Source: a virus. From it: DNA of 61,570 nucleotides. A program made the position numbers and the translations under genes. Shown in pieces: positions 26,682 through 35,303 of the stretch. The DNA is taken from the IMG/VR virus record IMGVR_UViG_3300023223_000518, positions 1 through 61,570 of that record; one strand, 5' to 3'. Below the pieces are notes generated by a model. That model made no database searches. It was not told where the DNA came from and saw nothing but the letters and a program-made list of their open reading frames with translations. Position 1 is the first letter of the stretch, and every line of letters begins with the position of its first letter.

Positions 26682-27667
26682 AGATCGCCCTCTGTGAAAC
26701 GAAGCCGACGCCGCGCGGGGATTACATCCTCGATTGCCTGCGCGCCGGATTCGAGAGGCACGATGAGAACGTCTACAATCTGCGGTTGGCTGATCCAATC
26801 GAAGCGCTCGACCTGATGGACGTCGCCGTGATGATCTGCGCTCCGAACCCCGCAGACAAGACAACAAAACAGATGATCCGCCGACACGAGATATGGGACC
26901 GAAGCCGCATTGTCGGCCGGCCGATACTCGTGATCGATTCCGGGTTCTTCCACACGCAAGCGGATGCGGAGATGCGTGATGGATTCAAAGCCGACCGACA
27001 CGGCGGGTTCACCCGATTCGACAAGAGCGTTTACTATCAACTCGGCTGGAACGGCTTCAAGCGCACCGCATTGCTCCCTACGAACAACCTCAAGAGATTC
27101 CACGGGCTGTCGATTCGAATTCAGAAACCGCAGATCATCGACACCACGCGGCCGATCATCATCATCGGACAGCCGGATCAAGGCGTCTCGTGCTGGGATG
27201 TCAATCTCGTCGGCATGTACCGCGATCTCGTAGAACGGCTCCGCGAAATCTGTAATTGCACGGGCGAGATCAGATTCCGGCAGCATCCTAGAATCTTCAA
27301 AGATGCTCGCCGCTTTCCGATGCAGGCGAAATGGACGCGGCGGTTCTTCGGGCACGATGTCACGTTCTCAACGCACGTTGATATCGCTGAAGACCTGCGG
27401 GACATCGGGACTGCGTTCGTCTATTCATCCAACGCGGCCGTGCAAACCGTCATCCGTGGAATCCCAACGTTCGTTGAATCCGACGATTGCCCGGCGTGGC
27501 CGGTCTCTTGCGGGGAGTGGAAGCTGTTCCCCACCGAACCGACTCCGCCGACGATGACCATGATAGAGTGGGCGCAACAGATCGCGGCGTCACAATGGAA
27601 TTGTTCCGAGATGGCGAACGGCTCCGCGTGGAAAGAACTCAAGGCAAGGATACCGGTGAAACGATGA
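26678..27667 (+). CDS. GT-B-like / capsule-synthesis-like transferase, paralogue of 31243..32130
   Basis: GTG start. The C-terminal VYSSNAAVQTVIRGIPTFVESDD parallels VTFGSNAAVESICHGVPAVVIGDG in the paralogue. Confidence 0.45.
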   Translation: MKIALCETKPTPRGDYILDCLRAGFERHDENVYNLRLADPIEALDLMDVAVMICAPNPADKTTKQMIRRHEIWDRSRIVGRPILVIDSGFFHTQADAEMRDGFKADRHGGFTRFDKSVYYQLGWNGFKRTALLPTNNLKRFHGLSIRIQKPQIIDTTRPIIIIGQPDQGVSCWDVNLVGMYRDLVERLREICNCTGEIRFRQHPRIFKDARRFPMQAKWTRRFFGHDVTFSTHVDIAEDLRDIGTAFVYSSNAAVQTVIRGIPTFVESDDCPAWPVSCGEWKLFPTEPTPPTMTMIEWAQQIAASQWNCSEMANGSAWKELKARIPVKR

Positions 27668-27888
27668 GCGTTAGATACACATTTGAATGTTACTCATGTC
27701 TGCGGACATCATCATCCGCCGTGGGTTCTGACGCATCCGATCGTTACGGGCCGCGCTGCGATCAATGTCGCGCAGCCGATCGCCACGGGCCATCGCTGTC
27801 AGACTTCTCAATCACATGGGGGTTGCGGATCGGTGCCGTACTGTTGGTTGTCGGATTCGTCCAGTTGATGGAGTTTCTTTCGCAATGA
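27664..27888 (+). CDS. zinc-ribbon + TM small protein (74 aa)
   Basis: ATGA-coupled. Contains CYSC...CDQC, then the TM helix LRIGAVLLVVGFVQL. Confidence 0.45.
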   Translation: MSVRYTFECYSCLRTSSSAVGSDASDRYGPRCDQCRAADRHGPSLSDFSITWGLRIGAVLLVVGFVQLMEFLSQ

Positions 27889-28742
27889 TCGAAGACCAGA
27901 TTCTTTTCGCTACGACGGCATCGTTCGATCTGTTCGAAGTGAGCGGCCCGGAGTTCGTTTCTTCGTTCGGCCAACAACACGCGAAATCCGGGCACAAGCT
28001 GTGGATGGGCCTTGAGGGAATCGAGATCGGCGCGACGCAGCATTTCATCATTCATGACCTCGACACCGATGACATGCTCGCCACCTTCTTACGTCAGAAT
28101 GCGGATGTGATTCCCGAATATCTAGGTGGCAATATGAAGCCGTGCGATTGTCCAGATACGAAAGACGCGGACGGGAAAGAGATAAGACACGCGCGACATC
28201 GATCGATCGACAAGCGAGAGTCGCCAGGGCCGAATTACAAGTGGGCCGCGAGCAAGTGCCATTATCAGTGGATGAATCGAAACGCCAGCCGATGGTTCCG
28301 CAAGGTCGTCACTCTCTATCGCGCGGCGAGTGCCGGACAGCACCGATATCTCGTTTGGTGTGACATCGATTGCCGATTCCTTGCACCGATGAGCGTCCGG
28401 AATCTGACGAGTAAATTTCTGCGAGGCAAAGCGATCGCGTATTTCAAGGGTCCGAAACGCGAAGCGCCGGAAGTTGGGGTCGTGTGCTTCGATCTGCAAG
28501 ACGGCGGGCTCGAATTCATCAGTCGGTACATGCATCGATACACGAGCCGTCGATACTTGGCTTGGCATCGCTGGGACGATGGGTTCATCTTCGGAACTCT
28601 GATAGCGGATCACTATCAGGATATTTCTATCGATCTGGTGACTGACGGCCGATCGACGAACGTGATTCCGCTGACTCCGATGCGGGAGTTTGTACACCAC
28701 CGAAAAGGATTTCATGGAAGACAGCTCGGAATTATGAAGTAG
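27885..28742 (+). CDS. putative GT-A glycosyltransferase (DxD)
   Basis: ATGA-coupled. Contains YLVWCDIDCRFL. Confidence 0.4.
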   Translation: MIEDQILFATTASFDLFEVSGPEFVSSFGQQHAKSGHKLWMGLEGIEIGATQHFIIHDLDTDDMLATFLRQNADVIPEYLGGNMKPCDCPDTKDADGKEIRHARHRSIDKRESPGPNYKWAASKCHYQWMNRNASRWFRKVVTLYRAASAGQHRYLVWCDIDCRFLAPMSVRNLTSKFLRGKAIAYFKGPKREAPEVGVVCFDLQDGGLEFISRYMHRYTSRRYLAWHRWDDGFIFGTLIADHYQDISIDLVTDGRSTNVIPLTPMREFVHHRKGFHGRQLGIMK

Positions 28743-29295
28743 CGCGCCTCAGTTTGTTCCGTTTCGATTCGCACGGTTTGCATTGATGACACAGTCCGTG
28801 AACTTGACAACGATTCTTATGAAACTCGCACCGCAATTTATAAGTTTCGCACGTGCCACACCAAGCCATGCCGTCGGGTGCATGTACGTTGTGGTTCCCC
28901 AGTGCGAGCCGCGAATTCTCGGCAAGCGGTATCAGCCGAATGTTACCGAACTCATAATGCCCGCCGTTGATTCGATCGATGCTCGGTTGTCGATCACCGA
29001 AGTCAAACACATAGATCGGCCAAGATGCAACGAACCACGCGATGAAATCGTCGCGGCTGATTCTGATCTCGACATCGGCATACGTTGGATTCTTTCCGTC
29101 GCTGTTCCGCTCGCGTTGCTTCATCGTGGAATAGATGGCCGTTGCTCGTTTGCCCGGCGTTTGGTATTCGCGTCGACTGCGGAGCAGCAAACACGGTTTG
29201 CATTCGTTCAAACGTCCGTCGCGCATTTTGCAGTTGCGGTGGAACTCATCGAGCGGCTTGACCTGCTCGCAGACTTTGCATTGTTTCTCAGACAT
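28732..29295 (-). CDS. HNH homing-type endonuclease
   Basis: Antisense to the surrounding operon. GAGGAG SD upstream of the ATG at 29295. SIDRINGGHYEFGNIRLIPLAEN is the HNH core, flanked by two CxxC...dG...CxxC modules. Confidence 0.65.
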   Translation of the reverse strand: MSEKQCKVCEQVKPLDEFHRNCKMRDGRLNECKPCLLLRSRREYQTPGKRATAIYSTMKQRERNSDGKNPTYADVEIRISRDDFIAWFVASWPIYVFDFGDRQPSIDRINGGHYEFGNIRLIPLAENSRLALGNHNVHAPDGMAWCGTCETYKLRCEFHKNRCQVHGLCHQCKPCESKRNKLRRATS

Positions 29296-29390
29296 GATCG
29301 CTGCTCCTCGAAAGTGGCGATTGTTAGGGCGGGCCGGTACCAACGCCGGCTCGCCCGATCTTATCACACATGCCATTGAGGTGGAATCCA

Positions 29391-29618
29391 ATGTCCGATC
29401 GCATTCGAATCGCGGAGGCACTGCGGGAACTTGCAGGACGGATCGAAGATAGCGAGATGCATTGCGAGGTCTGGATATTTGCTAAAGCCAAACCGGTTCA
29501 CGATGATGATGGAGTTGTCATCGATCATGTTCACCTTGGAGACGCCATCTTGCTTCGATGCGATGACGCGCCCGACGATTTAGGATTCGATAAGGGTGAA
29601 CCATTCTTGAAGTGTTAA
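29391..29618 (+). CDS. hypothetical protein (75 aa)
   Basis: GAGGTGG SD upstream of the ATG at 29391. Confidence 0.45.
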   Translation: MSDRIRIAEALRELAGRIEDSEMHCEVWIFAKAKPVHDDDGVVIDHVHLGDAILLRCDDAPDDLGFDKGEPFLKC

Positions 29619-29631
29619 TAGGATTTATGAA

Positions 29632-29799
29632 ATGAATCGCTTCCCAGTTGACAAGACCGATGAGATCATGATTCCGATCGATAGGGAAAACGGCGAGAAG
29701 CTCGGCGTAGATATGAGATTTCCGAAAGACATTACGCCTGAAGAGTGGAACATCGTTATTGAACGGGCCTCGAAACGCATTGGGAATTTGCAGGAATGA
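29632..29799 (+). CDS. hypothetical protein (55 aa)
   Basis: Below the track cutoff. ATGA-coupled to 29796. Preferred over minus-strand ORF 29625..29978. Confidence 0.4.
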   Translation: MNRFPVDKTDEIMIPIDRENGEKLGVDMRFPKDITPEEWNIVIERASKRIGNLQE

Positions 29800-31019
29800 A
29801 AGAAATCGACGGGCTGTACTTTCCGGATGCCGACACGCACTTTGAGGAATTGTGCCGGCGGAAGGGAATCAAGGTCGCTCAGTATCAGACGGATCGGATT
29901 GCCGCGGCGATCGTCTATTCCCTTGACGTCGCCGGCTCCGATGTCTGCATTGAGGTCGGGGCTCACGTTGGCATCCATACACGATTACTTGCGGCACAAT
30001 TCAAGCAAGTCTACGCGATCGAAGCGCATCCGCTGAATTACGAATGCCTCGTGCGCAACACGCTGGACCTGGACAACGTTACCACGCTTGCGAGTGCGAT
30101 CACAGCCAAAGACGGCGAGACTCGGATTGATAACCCGGTTGATGGAAATACCGGCAACTTGCAGATAGGCGGCAACGGACCGCGAGTGCCGGGCGTGACG
30201 CTGGATTCGCTCGGGTTGCCGATCCCCGATCTATTGAAGATCGACGTGCAGGGTGCCGAACTGCGGGTACTGTCCGGAGCGCGGCGCTTGCTGATCGCTG
30301 GGTCTCCGGCCGTGCTTTTCGAAGAAGAACCGCCCGGCAAGTTGCGGCGAGCGCTTGCCAAGTCGAACGCGGCACAAACTTATCTCTTGAAACTCGGCGG
30401 CAAGATCGTATGGACGGCCGGAGCGGATGCGATCGCGACGTTTCCCGATGGAGCTTGGCCTTACACGAAATATTCGGAGCAAGGCGAGTACCATTGGAAG
30501 CATTACGAGAGCGGGAAATTCCGAGTGATTATCGATTGGGTCGGTTGCTATGTCGGATCGAAGAATCATGATTCCATCGTCGACATCGGATGCGGAGATG
30601 GTGTGTGGTCGGGCGTCATCAACCTGCATGCGTCTAATCTGGACGGCAAGACGCCGGCATTCGGAATCGACCGCGACACGAGAGCGATTCAATGCGCGAA
30701 ACAACGCAGCGTGCCGGTTCATGTCGGCTCAGCGCATCGACTGAGCAAATTCGATTTCGATGCCGCTCTGTTGGTAGATGTTTTGGAGCACATCCCGTGG
30801 CCCGAGCGTGTCATCGGTGATCTACGCCGCCGATCAATCCGCGACGTCTACGTGGTCAATCCGGACCCGAACGGATCACGCTGGCACATCAATGAATTTG
30901 AACAGGATGAAATGTCCGACGCGTTCGAACGGCAGGGATACCGTGTCGAGCGTCGCGAAGACTTCATCATAACGAGCCGAAATCACAAAACGTTTTTCCA
31001 TTTCAGACTGGACGAATAA
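29796..31019 (+). CDS. two-domain methyltransferase (FkbM-like + class I SAM-dependent)
   Basis: N-terminal domain has IEVGAHVGIHT...AIEAHPLNYECLVRN...LLKIDVQGAEL. C-terminal domain has IVDIGCGDGVWSG...LLVDVLEHI. Confidence 0.65.
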   Translation: MKEIDGLYFPDADTHFEELCRRKGIKVAQYQTDRIAAAIVYSLDVAGSDVCIEVGAHVGIHTRLLAAQFKQVYAIEAHPLNYECLVRNTLDLDNVTTLASAITAKDGETRIDNPVDGNTGNLQIGGNGPRVPGVTLDSLGLPIPDLLKIDVQGAELRVLSGARRLLIAGSPAVLFEEEPPGKLRRALAKSNAAQTYLLKLGGKIVWTAGADAIATFPDGAWPYTKYSEQGEYHWKHYESGKFRVIIDWVGCYVGSKNHDSIVDIGCGDGVWSGVINLHASNLDGKTPAFGIDRDTRAIQCAKQRSVPVHVGSAHRLSKFDFDAALLVDVLEHIPWPERVIGDLRRRSIRDVYVVNPDPNGSRWHINEFEQDEMSDAFERQGYRVERREDFIITSRNHKTFFHFRLDE

Positions 31020-31246
31020 TGCCATTGCCAATCGTGGAAATCAAAGTGAATGATTATGGTGGTAGTCCGGCCGCGGATCACAACATGCCTTGCCCGATCT
31101 GTCACGCCGCCTATCAACGCAAGGCGACGTTGTCGCTAAACACGGGCCGCTTTCACCCATGCAGAGAATGCCGGCGCGTCGGGTGGATCACGATTCGTGT
31201 TCCGGGATTCGTGAAGTGGCTTTTGAAAAGGTGGCACGAATTATGA
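31019..31246 (+). CDS. zinc-finger small protein (75 aa)
   Basis: Contains CPIC...CREC. Confidence 0.45.
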   Translation: MPLPIVEIKVNDYGGSPAADHNMPCPICHAAYQRKATLSLNTGRFHPCRECRRVGWITIRVPGFVKWLLKRWHEL

Positions 31247-32130
31247 AAGTCGGTTTCTACGCATCGATCGGCAAGCGCTACGACATGGGGCTATTCGAGC
31301 ATTTCGGACCCGGCGTGACAGCGTGCGGCGACGAGATTCGATTGCTCGACATCCACAAAGATGCGACCGTAATCGATGACCTCGACGTGATCATCGTCGT
31401 CGGCGTCAAAGACAAATCGCTACCGACATGGCAAGCGAACCAAGCGGCCGGCAAGCGATGCGTGATACTCGATAAGGGTTACACGCGGCTCCGCGGCGGA
31501 GTTTTGAATACGCGATTCTGGCGTGTGTCGCTGGATGCGTTCCAACCTACCGAGCGGCTATGCACCGGACCGCAGAGATCGCCTGATCGTTGGCTTAAGA
31601 CTGGCGTTCCGGTCGTTCCGTGGCAGCGCGATGATGGTGATACGGTCGTCTTTTGCGGATCTTCTCAAAAGTACAACAACTGGCACGAACTCGGCGAATC
31701 GACCGCGTACGCAACGAAGATCATGAATAAGCTGAAAGAGATCACGAAAGGGCAATTCACCCTCGTGTACCGTCCAAAGCCGTCATCGAAGGAAGCTAAG
31801 GATTGTATCGACATTCCCGGATTCCGATTCAGTCCCCCGAAAGACAGCCTGCCGAATTACACAGACACGACTGCGCATTGCATCGTGACGTTCGGGAGCA
31901 ACGCGGCCGTGGAATCGATCTGTCATGGCGTGCCGGCGGTCGTCATTGGAGACGGAGTCGCGCGGCCGATCAGCAGTCAACGGTTGCAGGACGTGTTGAA
32001 TCCATTCAAGGCGGATCACGATTCAGTTCTTCAATGGCTGGCGAATCTGGCGTACTGGCAATGGGAGCCGGCTGAGATGCTGGCGGGTAAGTGCTGGCGA
32101 TTCTTGCGCGGGGAGATCGAACGTGAGTGA
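31243..32130 (+). CDS. GT-B-like / capsule-synthesis-like transferase, paralogue of 26678..27667
   Basis: ATGA-coupled ATG at 31243. Shares the C-terminal motif with 26678..27667. Confidence 0.45.
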   Translation: MKVGFYASIGKRYDMGLFEHFGPGVTACGDEIRLLDIHKDATVIDDLDVIIVVGVKDKSLPTWQANQAAGKRCVILDKGYTRLRGGVLNTRFWRVSLDAFQPTERLCTGPQRSPDRWLKTGVPVVPWQRDDGDTVVFCGSSQKYNNWHELGESTAYATKIMNKLKEITKGQFTLVYRPKPSSKEAKDCIDIPGFRFSPPKDSLPNYTDTTAHCIVTFGSNAAVESICHGVPAVVIGDGVARPISSQRLQDVLNPFKADHDSVLQWLANLAYWQWEPAEMLAGKCWRFLRGEIERE

Positions 32131-32218
32131 GCAAACGAAACGACGTCTCGCGCTGATCGGCATGTTCCTTTTGGCCACGGTTGCAATGATGCTAATGCTC
32201 TGGGGACTCTATCGATGA
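32123..32218 (+). CDS. mini membrane peptide (31 aa)
   Basis: GGGAGATCGA (32111-32120) lies 2 nt upstream of the GTG. Product VSEQTKRRLALIGMFLLATVAMMLMLWGLYR. ATGA-coupled to the sulfotransferase gene. Confidence 0.35.
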   Translation: MSEQTKRRLALIGMFLLATVAMMLMLWGLYR

Positions 32219-32802
32219 TCGATCTGAAACCACCATACGGCGGCGACGGAAGACTGTGCCCGCTTGTCGTGACAGGGACACCGCGGAGCGGTACGAAATT
32301 CATCTGTACGGCGCTTCGCAACGCTGGCAAGCACATCAAGCACGAAAGCGCCGGCGGGGAAGATGGGCTCGTCGATTGGATGTGGCTGTTCCGAGAGCGG
32401 AATCCAGACCGGGTCGATCGGTTGATACTGCAAGTTCGGGAACCGGTCGCCTGCATCCGATCGATCGCGATCCATCCGGATAAGATTCACGATTGGCTGT
32501 GTGCCGTCGTGCCGATCAATAAGCATGACTCGCCGATCAAGCGAGCGGCTCAATTCTATCTCTACTGGAATAGCCTGTTGTTGTCGATGTGCGACGATTG
32601 GTATCAGTTGGAAGATCGCATCGAATGTATGCGGTGCCTTTCCCCATTCGGTTTGAAGGAATGGCATCTCGACGGGGCAGATCAGAATCGGAACGAAGGT
32701 CCGGCCCATGCTTTGGGCGGGCTCATTGATCTTGTTGGTGAGATCGACAAATTCACCAGAGCGGGCTTGATGCGGCTCGCCGAAACTCTCGGGTATGAAT
32801 AA
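32215..32802 (+). CDS. sulfotransferase
   Basis: VVTGTPRSGTKF is a PAPS 5'-phosphosulfate loop. LQVREPVACIRSI is 3'-PB-like. Confidence 0.6.
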   Translation: MIDLKPPYGGDGRLCPLVVTGTPRSGTKFICTALRNAGKHIKHESAGGEDGLVDWMWLFRERNPDRVDRLILQVREPVACIRSIAIHPDKIHDWLCAVVPINKHDSPIKRAAQFYLYWNSLLLSMCDDWYQLEDRIECMRCLSPFGLKEWHLDGADQNRNEGPAHALGGLIDLVGEIDKFTRAGLMRLAETLGYE

Positions 32803-33119
32803 TGCTGAACGAGATCGAAGCCCACTTTATGACGGCCGCGGAGATCGCGGAGACCGTCGACATCGTTGATGCGTTACTCGCCGTTCAAGTGAACTCTGTG
32901 GAGCCGGAGAAGTTCTCACGCACGGTCGTTGATGCCGTCGCGGTGAATATCATTGAAGCGTGGAAGAACAGGCACAAGACAGCGATCGACGATGAGGCGT
33001 CGTGCAGATTCACCACGCTACCTGACAAACGGATTCAATGCGTTGTCGCCGCTCAAGGTCGGACGAAACAAATCGCTGGCCGATCGGCGATGGCGCAAAT
33101 CACCAAGGCACTGAGGTGA
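32802..33119 (+). CDS. hypothetical protein (105 aa)
   Basis: The ATG overlaps the upstream TAA. Confidence 0.45.
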   Translation: MLNEIEAHFMTAAEIAETVDIVDALLAVQVNSVEPEKFSRTVVDAVAVNIIEAWKNRHKTAIDDEASCRFTTLPDKRIQCVVAAQGRTKQIAGRSAMAQITKALR

Positions 33120-33121
33120 TC

Positions 33122-33982
33122 ATGCTCAACCCAAGGATATTCATCGGCTGTGATTCGCGCGAGATGATCGCAGCGGAAGTCGCCGCGCATTCATTCCGGC
33201 GATGCATGCCGGGCTATGAGATCGTGTTTCTCACGAAAGAACTCTGTGCGGAGTTCGGATTCACGCCCGATGGGCGGCCAGGTTCAACTGAATTCACATA
33301 CACTCGGTTTCTCGTTCCGTGGCTGTGCGGGTTCAAGGGCTTGGCGCTCTTCGTGGATTGCGATGTGTTGATGTTGAGAGAGCCCTCGCCAGTTGGCGCG
33401 GAAGATCAAAGCGCCGATTACGATCTGCATTCGCTGTCGAATTCTCTGGACATGACGCAGCACGCGCTCGCGGTCGTTCCTCACTTCTACGTTCCGTCAT
33501 CGTCATCGAAGATGGACGGCCAGCGACAACACGCATACTTCCGCAAGCTGTGGTCTGCTGTGATGCTGTTGCATTGCGAGCGACTTGAGCCGTATTGGCC
33601 GAAAGAAGTTGTCGAGAAGGAATCGCCGGCATTGCTCCACGGCTTCACGAATATTCCGACTGACGAGATTGGCGAACTGCCGGCGGCGTGGCATTGCTTG
33701 GAACCGAAGAAAGCGATCGGATTGAGCAAGCCGATCGAAGGTGAAAGCGGACTCAGCATGTGCCATGATGAATACAAGGCAATACTGTTTCACTACACCG
33801 AGGGCGGTCCGTGGTTCGAGAAATACGCTGCCTGCCCATTCTCTGGCCGATGGTACGAAGAATTCGAGTTGATCTATGGGAAAGGTTCTGCGGAAACGTT
33901 CAAGAACTGCGTGCGAGATTCCGGTTGTGGTAATTGGGAAAGGCTCGTCAGTGACCCATATTCCGGCATCATCAGAATTTAA
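33122..33982 (+). CDS. glycosyltransferase family 8-like
   Basis: GAGGTGATC SD. Contains YTRFLVPWLCGFKGLALFVDCDVLML (DxD). Confidence 0.55.
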   Translation: MLNPRIFIGCDSREMIAAEVAAHSFRRCMPGYEIVFLTKELCAEFGFTPDGRPGSTEFTYTRFLVPWLCGFKGLALFVDCDVLMLREPSPVGAEDQSADYDLHSLSNSLDMTQHALAVVPHFYVPSSSSKMDGQRQHAYFRKLWSAVMLLHCERLEPYWPKEVVEKESPALLHGFTNIPTDEIGELPAAWHCLEPKKAIGLSKPIEGESGLSMCHDEYKAILFHYTEGGPWFEKYAACPFSGRWYEEFELIYGKGSAETFKNCVRDSGCGNWERLVSDPYSGIIRI

Positions 33983-34529
33983 GATCGCGGCTTGTTCAGA
34001 AGCGATCAGGATGTGCGATCGTGCCGACTGGCTGGCCGTGAATGATGTGCCGGCTTTCGAATCGCTTGACGCCAGCGATTTACGTCGAGCCGATGCGATC
34101 GTACTGCCGAACTTCCTGCACGTCACGCCCCCGCCGATCAAGCCGGGGCCGAATGATCTGCATTGCTTCCGATCGCATACGACGTTCGCGCCGGCAATCA
34201 GCGCGGCGAAATGTAAGCTGATCACCTATTGCCTACACACCGATCCTTACGTTGCTGAGAATTCGCGCCGACTTCCGTTCTTCGGTCGATGCCGGAGCAT
34301 CTCGGATTCTCTAATCGCTTACTTGCTCTACCTGGGGCATCGGGAGATCGTGACGACCGGGATCGAATGGAATGGAGCCGCGCGCTATCATCCCGATTTC
34401 CGCCGGCAAGTTGCGAAGACGGTACGGCATCGTAAAGCGATCTGGTCAGACACAGTGAAGCGGATCATAACTGCCGGCGGAAGCGTGTTCCGCTGGGAGG
34501 ATTCGAGGATCAATCCGGAGAATCAGTAA
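33876..34529 (+). CDS. second DUF115-like protein (start uncertain)
   Basis: Contains VVVIGKGSSVTHI and SISDSLIAYLLYLGHREIVTTGIEWNG. Overlaps the upstream gene by ~107 nt, so an internal GTG start is possible. Confidence 0.4.
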   Translation: MGKVLRKRSRTACEIPVVVIGKGSSVTHIPASSEFKIAACSEAIRMCDRADWLAVNDVPAFESLDASDLRRADAIVLPNFLHVTPPPIKPGPNDLHCFRSHTTFAPAISAAKCKLITYCLHTDPYVAENSRRLPFFGRCRSISDSLIAYLLYLGHREIVTTGIEWNGAARYHPDFRRQVAKTVRHRKAIWSDTVKRIITAGGSVFRWEDSRINPENQ

Positions 34530-34530
34530 G

Positions 34531-35214
34531 ATGGCGACAACCGACGTATTCACATTCACATGCCCGCATTGCTCGTCAGAAGCGACGTGCAATCGCACGC
34601 GTTGCACCGATGTGATGTGCCCGAATTGCGGCAACGACATGAGCGGTTCGGAAGACGCCGACGTTGAGGACATGTATGAGGCGGCTACATCGATCGGGAC
34701 AGAGGATGGTCCGGGGGCGGCGACTGCCGGCACTAAACTTGAAAAGTTCCTTCACGAAGATATGGCGCGCAACATGTCTCCGGAATGGGCCGATAAGAAC
34801 TGGGGCAAAGTCCGGCACGTCTTCAACGACGACGGCTTCTCATTCTCTGATCTGCGGGTTGTCGCCGGTGAGCGTTGCTCGTTGCACTTTCATGAAGAGC
34901 GCGCCAACACGTTTCAATGCGTCGATGCGCAGTTAATTGTTGAATGGTGGGGGCCGACCAATCAATGCTCGCGGCAAGACCCGCTCGGATGGCAGTATGA
35001 AGAAACGAACCGCTATTTTTTGCATCCGCTTGAGAGTCCGATGCAATCTATTTTGTTGGGAGAAGGGGCTTGTCTTGTCATCGAGCCGATGATCTGGCAC
35101 CGCTTCCGAGTCGTCAAGCCGGGCACTTTGCTTGAATTGTATTTCGCACAACCGGGCAAGACCGTTCGGCTCGACGACATCATCCGCTTCGATAAAGGGG
35201 GGCCGGATCGATGA
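34531..35214 (+). CDS. zinc-ribbon + cupin-domain protein (sugar isomerase/epimerase-like)
   Basis: N-terminal CPHC...CPNC. Cupin motif VVAGERCSLHFHEERANTF. Confidence 0.5.
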   Translation: MATTDVFTFTCPHCSSEATCNRTRCTDVMCPNCGNDMSGSEDADVEDMYEAATSIGTEDGPGAATAGTKLEKFLHEDMARNMSPEWADKNWGKVRHVFNDDGFSFSDLRVVAGERCSLHFHEERANTFQCVDAQLIVEWWGPTNQCSRQDPLGWQYEETNRYFLHPLESPMQSILLGEGACLVIEPMIWHRFRVVKPGTLLELYFAQPGKTVRLDDIIRFDKGGPDR

Positions 35215-35303
35215 TCACGACAACGCTTCACCATTTCCTTCTCGTGCTGTGCTGTCTCGGTTGTCTTCGCATCGGATATGTTTTCGGAGAATTGCGTCGA
35301 TGA
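35211..35303 (+). CDS. mini membrane peptide (30 aa)
   Basis: ATGA-coupled at both ends. Product MITTTLHHFLLVLCCLGCLRIGYVFGELRR. Confidence 0.3.
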   Translation: MITTTLHHFLLVLCCLGCLRIGYVFGELRR

